Shown piece by piece: positions 51,721-61,550 of a stretch of DNA of 64,000 bases. Numbering within the stretch: position 1 is the stretch's first letter; the number at the start of each line of letters is the position of its first letter. The notes under the pieces were generated by a model, which saw only the letters and a program-made list of their open reading frames with translations, was not told the origin of the DNA and searched no databases. This stretch comes from Vicinamibacteria bacterium. Lineage in GTDB: Bacteria; Acidobacteriota; Vicinamibacteria; Marinacidobacterales; Marinacidobacteraceae. A program made the position numbers and the translations under genes. The DNA is taken from assembly GCA_963668695.2 (NCBI GenBank), contig CAXXLQ010000004.1, positions 2,496,001 through 2,560,000 of the forward strand. Reading direction: 5' to 3'.

Positions 51721-52914
51721 CTACCCCGCTCTGGCTTCCGGCACCATCGCCGTGGCCGGCTCGTCCACCTCCTCCCGGACGGCGTCGTCCCCAGCCCCTA
51801 CGGGGTGGACGCCATCGCCATCCGCGGTTGTCCGCAGCAGTGCGTCTCCGAACGGATCCGGCGCTTGCGGGACAACCTCCATGTCGTGCGTTGCGGTCGC
51901 GACCGCTTCGGGAAACCAACTGTCCCGCGTTCCCTGGTGAATCACGCTCGCCCTGGCGGCCTCCCGGGTGAGAAATACCGCGAACTCGTGCGGGCCGCCG
52001 CTGCGCCAACGCCGCACGGTTTCGGGGAGCGCCATTGGGTGTTCCATCGCTCGATCACCGATCACACAGCCTGGCCGGTAGGTGCGGAGGGCGTTTCCGA
52101 AGACGCTGTATTTCCGCCCGACGCGGTCGGTCAGCGCGTACGTCATGGGACCGGTCAGAACGGCCACGTGGGCAAGCCCGACCGTCCGGTGCGCGAGATC
52201 CCACGCATCCAGCGGGGCCGATTCCGGATTCGTTTCCTGGGGACCCAGTCCGATGCCGAAAACCGGGCGGGTCCGATGCCCGCTCCCGATGAGGTGGATC
52301 AGCCCCTCCACGCCTTCCTCGTTCTGGATGATCCACGGGGCCGGCAGCAGACGCCAGCCGTAGTCCGACAGTCCTGGGGAACGGGTCAGCCAGCGCACGA
52401 TCCCGGGTACCCACAGCGGGGCCGTCCGTTGGCGAAGGTGGCGCTGGGGCGCAAGGAGCGTGGCGCGGAGGTAGCTCGTCGATCCCGAACGGAAGAGGAT
52501 GACGACCGCCTTCCAGGCGGCCAGTCCGGCGTTGGCGCCTGCCTCGAGCGACACGCCGAAATAGCGACTCGCCCCCGCTTCCCGGTCGACGGCTCGTACG
52601 ATGGCGCCAGCCGATCGATGTTGCTCGACATGCAGTCTTTGTCCGTCCGGACGGGAAACCCCGTCGAATGCGGGGGGCAGGGGGCCCACATGCGCCTCCA
52701 GCCAGCGAAGAACCTGATCCCGGGATCGGTCGAACTCGCCGCCCTTCCCGTCCGCCGCGATTTCGGCGGATACCGCCACCGCGGGCCGGAGTTCCGAGCC
52801 GCTCGCGAAAGTGTCCGGCAGCCGCGCCCGGCGGACGCGGGGAGTCTCGATGGCATTCGGATCGAGCCCGGCTTGGTTCCGGGCGGGATCAGGAACGGGC
52901 AGAGAAACGGGCAT
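51721..52914 (-). CDS. Hypothetical protein (accessory cassette)
   Basis: 397-aa ORF with a globular core (RTRPVFGI, LAHRTVGLAHVAVL, LTDRVGRKYSVFGNALRTYRPG) and an acidic tail. Confidence 0.75.
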   Translation of the reverse strand: MPVSLPVPDPARNQAGLDPNAIETPRVRRARLPDTFASGSELRPAVAVSAEIAADGKGGEFDRSRDQVLRWLEAHVGPLPPAFDGVSRPDGQRLHVEQHRSAGAIVRAVDREAGASRYFGVSLEAGANAGLAAWKAVVILFRSGSTSYLRATLLAPQRHLRQRTAPLWVPGIVRWLTRSPGLSDYGWRLLPAPWIIQNEEGVEGLIHLIGSGHRTRPVFGIGLGPQETNPESAPLDAWDLAHRTVGLAHVAVLTGPMTYALTDRVGRKYSVFGNALRTYRPGCVIGDRAMEHPMALPETVRRWRSGGPHEFAVFLTREAARASVIHQGTRDSWFPEAVATATHDMEVVPQAPDPFGDALLRTTADGDGVHPVGAGDDAVREEVDEPATAMVPEARAG

Positions 52915-52985
52915 GATGGCTCCTGGGAGAACGGGATGGGGCTCTGGACGAACCGGGTTGTGGTGCGAAAGCGGGAGGTCCTGCG

Positions 52986-53633
52986 TTGAGCGTGCGGATC
53001 GCGGGCGGATCGCTCGCCGGCCGCGTGTTGACCGGGCCGCCGCGTCCCGGGGGGCGACGGGGCACCGCTCCGGACGGAGCCCGGCCGACGGCCGCAAGAC
53101 TCAGGAAGAGCCTCTTCACGGTGCTGTCCGACGAATTGGTCGGGGCTCGAGTGCTCGATATCTGCGCCGGGGTGGGAACGCTCGGCTTCGAGGCGATCTC
53201 CCGGGGCGCTCGTGAGTGCGTGTTCGTGGAACGTTCCCCGCGGATGGCCCGGCTGGTCGAACGAAATGCCGAGCGCCTTGCCGTGGACACCTTCAAGCTG
53301 GTGGTGGCGGATGCGCTTCGCGAACTGCGACGGCTCCGCCGCGCCGGGAGGGGATTCGACGTGGCCTTCCTGGATCCTCCGTGGGAAAGCTGGGAGGCAG
53401 GAACCGGCGTACAGCTGCTCGCCGAGGCCATCGGCCTCGCGCCGCTGGTGGTGGCGGAGCACCGTTGTTCGTGGGTGCCTCCGCTTAGGGTGGCCGCTGG
53501 CGCAGATGACGAGTCGAACCCGGCGATGCCTGCGCCCGCAGGACTGAAGACCCGCACCACGACCGCCGGAGATGGAGCGTTCTCGCTGTACCGGCGGGAG
53601 GGGGCGGCTGAAGAACGGCGCACAATTTCCTAG
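52986..53633 (+). CDS. rsmD: 16S rRNA m2G966 methyltransferase
   Basis: VRIAGG, ARPTAARLRKSLF, LDICAGVG, EAISRGA, FLDPPW. Confidence 0.9.
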   Translation: MSVRIAGGSLAGRVLTGPPRPGGRRGTAPDGARPTAARLRKSLFTVLSDELVGARVLDICAGVGTLGFEAISRGARECVFVERSPRMARLVERNAERLAVDTFKLVVADALRELRRLRRAGRGFDVAFLDPPWESWEAGTGVQLLAEAIGLAPLVVAEHRCSWVPPLRVAAGADDESNPAMPAPAGLKTRTTTAGDGAFSLYRREGAAEERRTIS

Positions 53634-53915
53634 ACGAAACTGCGCCGGGTTTTTTCCCATCCGGCGGCCGAATTCGGCCCGAATGTGGAAAAGTCGTGCT
53701 CGGTGCGCGGGAAAGAGCCGCGGGGATGGTCCGCCGAGCCCGTTTGGAGCGCCGCCGGGCCCGTTCAGAGCGTCACCGATGAGGGCCACGCTCCGGGAAG
53801 TCAGCCGGCCGCGGAGCCGCTATTCCCCGGAACCGCTATTCCCCGGAACCTGACCGTATGTTAGGTTTCGCGCGCGTCTCACGGACCGGCGCTGCCCTTG
53901 GAAAGAACCTCCCGC

Positions 53916-54413
53916 ATGGCCATCTGCCCGGGTTCTTTCGACCCTCTCACCCTGGGGCACGTGGACATCATCCGACGCGCCGCCCGGCAGTTCGACCGGG
54001 TCGTCGTCGCGGTGCTCCACAACACCGGGAAGGCGCCGCTCTTCACGGTTCCGGAGCGCCTTGAGTTCATTCGAGCGACCTTTGCGGACGATGCCGGGGT
54101 GGAAGCGGACGCCTTCTCGGGGCTGCTCGTGGCCTATGCCCGCCGTCGCGGCGCGGGCGCCATCGTGCGCGGGATCCGGGCCGTCTCCGATTTCGAGTAC
54201 GAGTTCCAGATGGCGCTCATGAACCGCCGGCTGGCGCCTGAAGTCGAGACGGTCTTCCTGACTCCGGCGGAGGAGTATTCCTACGTCAGTTCGAGGCTGA
54301 TCAAGGAGATCACGGCGCTCTCCGGCGATGTCAGCGGTCTCGTTCCGGACGCGGTGGCGCGCCGTCTTGCCGAGAAGTTCGCTTCCTCCTCCGAATCCGC
54401 CGAAACCGAGTGA
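53916..54413 (+). CDS. coaD: Phosphopantetheine adenylyltransferase
   Basis: PGSFDPLTLGH, RGIRAVSDFEYE, SSRLIKE. Confidence 0.97.
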   Translation: MAICPGSFDPLTLGHVDIIRRAARQFDRVVVAVLHNTGKAPLFTVPERLEFIRATFADDAGVEADAFSGLLVAYARRRGAGAIVRGIRAVSDFEYEFQMALMNRRLAPEVETVFLTPAEEYSYVSSRLIKEITALSGDVSGLVPDAVARRLAEKFASSSESAETE

Positions 54414-54432
54414 CCGGCCCAGAGAGATCCTC

Positions 54433-55620
54433 ATGACCGATTCAGGAATCCATCTCGCCCAGCGCGTCGCCGCGATCTCGCCTTCGCCCACGATGGCGGT
54501 GATGGCGGAGGCGATGCGCCTGCGCGCCGCCGGAGAGAACGTGGTGGACTTCTCGGCGGGACAGCCCGACTTCGACACGCCGTCGGTGGCGCGAGAGGCG
54601 GGGATCCACGCCATCGAGTCGGGCTACACCCGCTATACCGCGAACCCCGGCGCTCCCGATCTCCGGGCCGCGGTGGCCGACTGCTACCGCCGCGACTTCG
54701 ATCTGGACTTCGGAGCGGGGAACGTCCTGATCACCTCCGGAGGCAAGCACGCCCTCACCGGGCTCCTGCTCGCCACCTGTGAAGAAGGGGATGAAGTCGT
54801 CATCCCCACGCCCTACTGGCCGACCTTCCCCGAGCAGGTCAAGATCGTCGGCGCGGATCCGGTCTTCGCTCGGGCCGGGGAAGACACGTGGTTTCGGCCC
54901 ACCCGGGCCGTGATCGAGGCGGGTGTGACCGACCGCACCCGGGCCATCATCCTGAACATCCCGGGAAACCCCTCCGGGGTGGTGCTCTCGCCCCGTGAGC
55001 TGGAAGACGTGGCGCAACTGGCCCTCGAGGCCGACGCCTACCTCCTCTGGGACGACACCTACGCCCGGCTGACGTTCGAGCCCTCGCCGGAAGGGGCCTA
55101 CCGCCGGATGCAGGACATCCTGGGGCACCGGTTCCTGGTGGCCGGCGGGGCTTCCAAGACCTACGCGATGACGGGATGGCGGCTCGGCTGGGCGATCGGT
55201 CCGGAGCCGGTCATCAAGGGCGCGGCTTCACTGCAGAGCCAGATGACCTCGAACGCCAGCTCCATCTCCCAGAAGGCGGCGCTCGCCGCGGTGACGGCGG
55301 ACCCGGCCGGCTTCGCGTGGATGACCGAGGAGTTCGCACGCCGGATGGTGCGGATGCGGGACGGGTTGCTTGCGATCGAGGGGGTCCGCTGCGGTGCGCC
55401 CGACGGGGGCTTCTACCTCTTCCCGAACTTCGAGGCGGTGCTCAAGCCGGGTGAGGGGTCGGGGTCGCTTGCTGCGGCGCTCTTGGACGAGGAGCGGGTC
55501 GCCACCGTGCCGGGGGTGGCGTTTGGCCACGACACGCACCTGCGGCTCAGCTACGCCACTTCCGACGACGTGATCGACGAGGGCCTGGGGCGGATCCAGC
55601 GGTTTTTTGCTGCGCGCTGA
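54433..55620 (+). CDS. Class I/II PLP aminotransferase (aspartate aminotransferase-like)
   Basis: GQPDFDTP, PGNPSG, SKTYAMTGWRLG, GGFY, LRLSYA. Confidence 0.93.
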   Translation: MTDSGIHLAQRVAAISPSPTMAVMAEAMRLRAAGENVVDFSAGQPDFDTPSVAREAGIHAIESGYTRYTANPGAPDLRAAVADCYRRDFDLDFGAGNVLITSGGKHALTGLLLATCEEGDEVVIPTPYWPTFPEQVKIVGADPVFARAGEDTWFRPTRAVIEAGVTDRTRAIILNIPGNPSGVVLSPRELEDVAQLALEADAYLLWDDTYARLTFEPSPEGAYRRMQDILGHRFLVAGGASKTYAMTGWRLGWAIGPEPVIKGAASLQSQMTSNASSISQKAALAAVTADPAGFAWMTEEFARRMVRMRDGLLAIEGVRCGAPDGGFYLFPNFEAVLKPGEGSGSLAAALLDEERVATVPGVAFGHDTHLRLSYATSDDVIDEGLGRIQRFFAAR

Positions 55621-55683
55621 GGCTTGTCAGCCGGAAGCCGAGTCACGCTTTCGGAAGATCTGCGAGAGATAGCCTGAGACTCA

Positions 55684-56265
55684 GTGTTGTTGGGAGACTT
55701 CGATAGCGCTGTTCTGGCGGCGGCGATCGGTCTACTTGGCGTGGTAATCGGAACGATCGTGGGCCACCTTCTGAACTCAAAGACAGCGATTTCTGTTGCG
55801 CGCGAAACAGCAAAGATCAACCAACAAAACGAAATCGACCGTCGGGTGTGGGATTTGCGACGGGTGGGCTACTCGGTCGTACTCGCAACCTTGGGTGAGG
55901 TGTCCGACTAGGCGGATCGGCTGGATGACGGATTCCACGGCCCCTTGGCGAATTCCGAGGCCTTCTTCCAGAGCGACGCGTGCCGGACATACAACGAGCG
56001 AATGGGGGCCACCTGGGCCAAGTGCAGGGCGGAATTCGGTAAGAACCGGTTGATCTTCTCCAAGCGCTTCAACAGGGCTTTTGGGGAGTTGGAGCGTTCC
56101 TTGCCGCATGAATACGAAGCTCTCAACGAATCGCCAGACGACCTGGCAGCCATTCATGCGAAGTGCTTTCGGGACGCGCACGCTGATCTCTCACAAATAG
56201 CCCTGGAGGACTTTGGCCTGACCTCAGAGGAGGAGCCAGCTACCAAGAATTCTGTGCGCGCGTAG
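55684..56265 (+). pseudogene. Membrane-anchored hypothetical protein with in-frame TAG at 55909-55911
   Basis: ORFs 55684-55911 and 55945-56265 share a frame, separated by one amber codon. Confidence 0.6.
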
Positions 56266-56375
56266 ATCGCCGGGTGGGAGAGCAATCGGGCCGGCAATGG
56301 TTCTGGCCGCCCTCGCCCATATGCGTCGTAGAGATCTGCTCTCGGCGGGTTCGTTGCTACGGCGTTCCTATCCCC

Positions 56376-57518
56376 CTAGTTCGAGGGCGGCCACTTTTCC
56401 GGGTTGGTCCGATACGCCTGCCGGGGACTCCGCGGGCTGTCCGGGAACTGGAGTTCCAGTAGACCCGCATCCACCATCGGGCCGAGGTGGCGATGCACCA
56501 GGCTCCGCTGGTGCATCGAGAACCAGCGCGCGAGTTCCTTGGCGGTGGTCCAATCGCGGAGCCGGCAGATGTCCAGGATGAGCGGATGGAGCACCTCCCG
56601 CGACGGGCGCTCGCTGAGTGCCAGGACGGGGCGGTGCAGCACCCTGGGCAGGCCCTTGAGGCGGTCTTCAGGGTTGTCGTGCGGGGCTGGGTTTGGCGCT
56701 GGTTGGGGCGCCGGGTCCACGGACGGCGGTTGGCGGTCGGTTGGTGGGCGCGGGGAAGGCACTGGGTCGGGGGCTGGTGCGGGCTGGTGCGACGAGGGCT
56801 TGGGCGCTTGCTCCGCCGCGGCGTCGTCGGGGGCGGCCCGCGCGTGGGGAGGTTCCGACGGGGCTTCGCCTGGCTCGTCGCCGTGACCGGCAGCCGGGTC
56901 GTTTCGGCGCGGCGCTGGGACAGGCGGCGCTTCACCGGGGATGATTTCGGGGAGGCGCTTCGGCGGTGGCCGCGGGAGGAGTCGCCCATCCGGTGCGGGT
57001 GCATCGTCCGGGACGTCGTCTGGCTCGTCCGATTCGCGGAGTTTGAATTGGGTCGGCCGGTCGGCCTGGAACATTCCGGCCAGGCCGCCCAGGACGGAAA
57101 GGGCTGTCTCCCCGAGATTGGCCAGCGCCGTAATCCGGCCGCCAAAGCGCTGGGCGTCGGCGCCCGCTTTACGGATCTTCGCTTCCGTCTCCCCGCGCTT
57201 GCCGTCGGGATGGCGGAACGCCCTGGCGGCCGCCGAGGCTCTGACGCCGATCTTGCGGATGCCCTGGCCGGCCTTGGCCGCCACCTGCACGGCAGGCTTT
57301 GCTGCTTCGACGACGCGGCCGATCCATGCCGCTCCCGGCCTCGCGTTCTTTTTCGTGAAGTCCCAAGCGTTGGCGAGGCCCGAGAGTAGAAGGCGAACCC
57401 AGTCCAGAGCGCCTCGCAGCCGAGGACGTGGTTTCCGAAGCCAGGCGCGAATGGCTTCGAGTCCAGGCGGTGGCTCTTCCGGCCGCTGGAAGAGAAAGGG
57501 GCGGTTGGAATCCGGCAT
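56376..57518 (-). CDS. Protein with basic amphipathic N-terminus, Pro-rich linker and C-terminal winged-helix (Fic C-terminal-like) domain
   Basis: ILDICRLRDWTTAKELARWF...HLGPMVDAGLLELQFPDSPRSPRQAYRT; no Fic catalytic motif. Confidence 0.75.
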   Translation of the reverse strand: MPDSNRPFLFQRPEEPPPGLEAIRAWLRKPRPRLRGALDWVRLLLSGLANAWDFTKKNARPGAAWIGRVVEAAKPAVQVAAKAGQGIRKIGVRASAAARAFRHPDGKRGETEAKIRKAGADAQRFGGRITALANLGETALSVLGGLAGMFQADRPTQFKLRESDEPDDVPDDAPAPDGRLLPRPPPKRLPEIIPGEAPPVPAPRRNDPAAGHGDEPGEAPSEPPHARAAPDDAAAEQAPKPSSHQPAPAPDPVPSPRPPTDRQPPSVDPAPQPAPNPAPHDNPEDRLKGLPRVLHRPVLALSERPSREVLHPLILDICRLRDWTTAKELARWFSMHQRSLVHRHLGPMVDAGLLELQFPDSPRSPRQAYRTNPEKWPPSN

Positions 57519-57694
57519 TGCGAAGCTCGTCGACAGTGCGGGCGAACGTATTCGCCGGGAAGCCGGAATGGTTCGTGAAATCGGGCCGTACTGAAGCGAT
57601 TCGGAGGTGTAAGAACTGAGTTACTACGCCCGCAACTTCCGAACGTAATGGGGCGGCTGCCGATACCCGGTCATGATCGCGGGGCCGGATGGGA

Positions 57695-59872
57695 GCAACA
57701 TTTCGCATTACCCGGGTCTGGCCGGGGAACATGTCGCAGTAGCGGGATCGGCTGGAGGGGCACATGTCGCAACAATTCGGATCTGCCGGGAGAACATGTC
57801 GCACTAGTTGGACCGGCTGGATCGGAACATGTCGCAATAGCGGCATCTGCCGGGGAACATGTCGCAGTAGCCGGATCCGCCGGTGAAACATGTCGCACTA
57901 GTTGGATCGGCTGGATCGGAACATGTCGCAATAGCGGCATCTGCCGGGGAACATGTCGCAGTAGCGGGGCCGGCTGGAGCCGAACATGTCGCAGTAGCCG
58001 GATCTTCCGGGGGAACATGTCGCACTAGTTGGACCGGCTGGATCGGAACATGTCGCAATAGCGGCATCTGCCCGGGGAACATGTCGCACTAGTTGGATCG
58101 GCTGGATCGGAACATGTCGCAATAGCCGGATCCCGGGCTCACGCGGGCGGTCACCCCTCTCCCCGCCCGAGGGCTCGTTTCGGCTCGAGCACTATCAGTG
58201 CGTAAAAGTAGGTGTCTCCCAAGTGCGTAAAAGTTGGTGTCTCTTGACAGCTCTGGTTGGATCGGCTGGAGGCGAACATGTCGCAGTAGCCGGATCTTCC
58301 GGGGAACATGTCGCTCTAGTTGGATCGGAACATGTCGCACTAGCCGATGCTGCCCGTGGAACATGTCGCTGTAGCGGGATCGGCTGGGGTCGAACATGTC
58401 GCAGTAGCCGGATCTGGCGGGGAACATGTCGCAGTAGCGGGATCGGTTGGAGCCCTACATGTCGCACTAGCCGGTTCTGCCCGGAGAACATGTCGCACTA
58501 GCGGGATCGGCTGGATCGGAACATGTCGCTTTAGCGGGATCTGCCGGAGGAACATGTCGCAGTAGCGGGATCGGTTGGAGCCGAACATGTCGCACTAGCC
58601 GGATCTGCCCGGGGAACATGTCGCTCTAACGGGATCGGTTGGAGCCGAACATGTCGCAATAGCCGGATCTGCCGGGGGAACATGTCGCACTAGCGGGATC
58701 TGCCGGTGGAACATGTCGCAGTAGCGGGATCGGTTGGAGGAACATGTCGCACTAGCCGGATCTGCCGGGGAACATGTCGCACTAGCGGGATCTGCCGGTG
58801 GAACATGTCGCAGTAGCGGGATCGGTTGGAGCCGAACATGTCGCACTAGCCGGATCTGCCGGGGGAACATGTCGCTCTAGCGGGATCGGTTGGAGCCGAA
58901 CATGTCGCACTAGCCGGATCTGCCGGGGGAACATGTCGCAGTAGCGGGATCGGTTGGAGCCGAACATGTCGCACTAGCCGGATCTGCCGGGGAACATGTC
59001 GCAGTAGCGGGATCGGCTGGGGCCGAACATGTCGCACTAGCCGGATCTGCCGGGGGAACATGTCGCAGTAGCGGGATCGGCTGGGGCCGAACATGTCGCA
59101 CTAGCCGGATCTGCCGGGGGAACATGTCGCAGTAGCGGGATCGGTTGGAGCCGAACATGTCGCACTAGCCGGATCTGCCGGGGGAACATGTCGCAGTAGC
59201 GGGATCGGCTGGAGCCGAACATGTCGCACTAGCCGGATCTGCCGGGGGAACATGTCGCAGTAGCGGGATCGGCTGGAGGCGAACATGTCGCACTAGCCGG
59301 ATCTGCCGGGGGAACATGTCGCAGTAGCGGGATCGGCTGGAGCCGAACATGTCGCACTAGCCGGATCTGCCGGGGGAACATGTCGCAGTAGCGGGATCGG
59401 CTGGAGTCGAACATGTCGCACTAGCCGGATCTGCCGGGGGAACATGTCGCAGTAGCGGGATCGGCTGGGGTCGAACATGTCGCACTAGCCGGATCTGCCG
59501 GGGGAACATGTCGCACTAGCGGGATCGGCTGGGCCGAACATGTCGCAGTAGCCGGATCTGCCGGGGGAACATGTCGCAGTAGCGGGATCGGTTGGAGCCG
59601 AACATGTCGCACTAGCCGGATCTGCCGGGGGAACATGTCGCTCTAGCGGGATCGGTTGGAGCCGAACATGTCGCACTAGCCGGATCTGCCGGGGAACATG
59701 TCGCAGTAGCGGGATCGGCTGGAGCCGAACATGTCGCTCTAGCCGGATCTGCCGGGGAACATGTCGCAGTAGCGGGATCGGCAGGAGCCGAACATGTCGC
59801 AGTAGCGAGATCGGTTGGAGGCGAACATGTCGCAGTAGCGGGATCGGCCGGGGGAACATGTCGCAGTAGCGG
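57695..59872. repeat. Large tandem array, about 64 units of ~30-33 bp, core GAACATGTCGCANTAGCSGGATC
   Basis: Manual count of ACATGTCGC: 13 copies before and about 51 after an interruption at ~58135-58255. Linkers alternate TGCCGGGG / GGYTGGAGCC. Confidence 0.95.
58197..58249 (-). mobile_element. Isolated IS21-like terminal sequence
   Basis: The minus strand reads TGTCAA followed by two 22-bp direct repeats, GAGACACCWACTTTTACGCACT (58197-58218, 58222-58243). Confidence 0.55.
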
Positions 59873-59890
59873 GGCGGGCTCACCGGGAGC

Positions 59891-60020
59891 GGCGGTGCGT
59901 ATTTCGCCGCGCTGCGCGCGGCGGTGCGTATTTCGCCGCGCTGCGCGCGGCGGTGCCGGTCTGAAGACCGGCGGTCCCGTGCCTACGCGCCACCATGCCG
60001 ACCCGGAGGTCGGCGGTCCC
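59891..60020. repeat. 29-bp duplication followed by two REP-like hairpins
   Basis: GGCGGTGCGTATTTCGCCGCGCTGCGCGC x2; GCCGGTCTGAAGACCGGCGGTCCC; GCCGACCCGGAGGTCGGCGGTCCC. Confidence 0.8.
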
Positions 60021-60059
60021 TTCCCGGCCGGCCCTATCCGGTTCCGTTCCGGACCCGTC

Positions 60060-61085
60060 TCACGGCTGAAGTTGGCAGTGGCGCGCGCCTGCTGCCCCAC
60101 CGGCTGACCCGAACAGGCCTGGGCACTTCGCTGCGACGGTAGCGAAGATCCGGCGGGCGACCTGGGTGTGTTCCGCCTCCGCCGGATGCATTTCCGCTGA
60201 CCCGTCGTCCCCGGTCACCCTGTCCTCCGTCGGCACGACGATGACCCTTCGGCGATGGGCTAGTTCTTCCGATGTCGCGCGCACGATGACCCCGCCAAAC
60301 CTCTGGGACAGCAACTCCAGGACTGCGTCACGATGCTCTGCCGGGATCTCTTTTTCTCCCAGGACGGCGCGGATATGGGGGCCGAACGCTCCGGCGTTGC
60401 CGGGTGCGGGACTCACCACCACGGTATTCGGCGAAAGGGCGTCGCGGGCATTCAGAATGGCCTGGAAGGCCCGCTCGATTCTCTGGAGCGTACTTTTCAG
60501 CCGCTCCTGGTCGACATAGTCCTGAGGCTCCTTGCCACTGCCCGTCCTGAGCAGCAGCGGGTCCAGGGCATTCTCGCCAGCGAGATCGTTTCCACCACCG
60601 GACAGGAGAACGAAGGTGATATTGCCCCCGGACTTTCTCAGGACGTTTGCCAACTGGTGCTGCATCGCTCCGGAAGGCGTCGCTGCGGCTTCGCTTCCCG
60701 ACGCAACCAGATGCAGGACATTCGTCGGCGTCTCGTTGCGCAGCAGACGTACGAACTCCCGAGTGAGACTCGCGTCCGGAAGCGAGCGCCCGGCGCCTCC
60801 GATCGCAACGACGTTGACCCGATCGCCACACTGCCGGAGCATGGAGACGAACAGATCCGGCGATGCCGTAGCGGCGTCGTCGCAGCCGATGTCGACCGCG
60901 TCGGGTGGGGGCAGGGGCGGTGGTGGCGGTGGAGGCGGCGCCGGTGGGGGCACGGGTGGAGGCGGCGGCGGTTCCTGCGGTGGCGACGGCGGTGGTCGCG
61001 GCCCTCGCAGACATGCGGAAACCGCGAATCCGGACAGGGCCGCCGCCAGCGACAACAACATCAGGGTGGCGATGGCTCTCTTCAC
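60060..61085 (-). CDS. Lipoprotein with Pro-rich stalk and SGNH/GDSL-like domain
   Basis: AVSAC lipobox, LLSGGGND (block III), EMHP (block V); block I GDS is absent. Confidence 0.7.
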   Translation of the reverse strand: MKRAIATLMLLSLAAALSGFAVSACLRGPRPPPSPPQEPPPPPPVPPPAPPPPPPPPLPPPDAVDIGCDDAATASPDLFVSMLRQCGDRVNVVAIGGAGRSLPDASLTREFVRLLRNETPTNVLHLVASGSEAAATPSGAMQHQLANVLRKSGGNITFVLLSGGGNDLAGENALDPLLLRTGSGKEPQDYVDQERLKSTLQRIERAFQAILNARDALSPNTVVVSPAPGNAGAFGPHIRAVLGEKEIPAEHRDAVLELLSQRFGGVIVRATSEELAHRRRVIVVPTEDRVTGDDGSAEMHPAEAEHTQVARRIFATVAAKCPGLFGSAGGAAGARHCQLQP

Positions 61086-61550
61086 AGTTCCTCCGCGGCG
61101 GCCGGCAGCGAGCGACCTGGGACGGTATCGGGGTGTGTTTTTCGAAATCAATGCCCGGCATCCCCTCCGGACGGCCTCCCCAGTGCGGTCAACGCGTTGA
61201 AAAGGCGACCCAATTGTGCCGCATTCGACGCAAAGGTGGGGTTCTGTTTTCTCGGTGGCCTTCGGCCATCGGTGCCGGCCTCCGCCGGGAGGACCGGCGG
61301 GCGGTCCCAGGCCGTCCCCGCGGCCAGCCCGACCGGACACCGGGGTTCCCTTCCTCGTCCGCGCATCCGGTCCATTGCCATAGGGCGTCCGCCGCCATAA
61401 AATTCAATGCAGCCCGGCGGGATGTTTGGCCGCCTCGCCTGTGATGCGGCGGCGCTCCGGCCGGGTCTTTCCGTGCGGCAAACGGCGCGAGGGGGAACCC
61501 GTTGTGGTTCCGCGCACTCTCCCCGGCAACCCCTTTCCCGAAGGAAGTTC

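Noticed and set aside
50465-52985. Prophage remnant
   Set aside because: Only one phage-associated domain; no integrase, structural genes or att repeats seen.
55909-55911. Pyrrolysine or recoded TAG
   Set aside because: Many genes here end in TAG normally and no pyl genes are visible.
57695-59872. CRISPR or TIGR-type guide array
   Set aside because: The segments between cores are ~8-10 bp and alternate between two recurring types rather than being unique spacers; no cas or tas-like gene is recognisable nearby.
57648-59883. Many short repetitive ORFs (LLRHV, YCDMF, GTCRS, EHVA) in the array
   Set aside because: The dimer length is usually not a multiple of three, so frames rotate and hit TAG regularly; these are by-products of the repeat.
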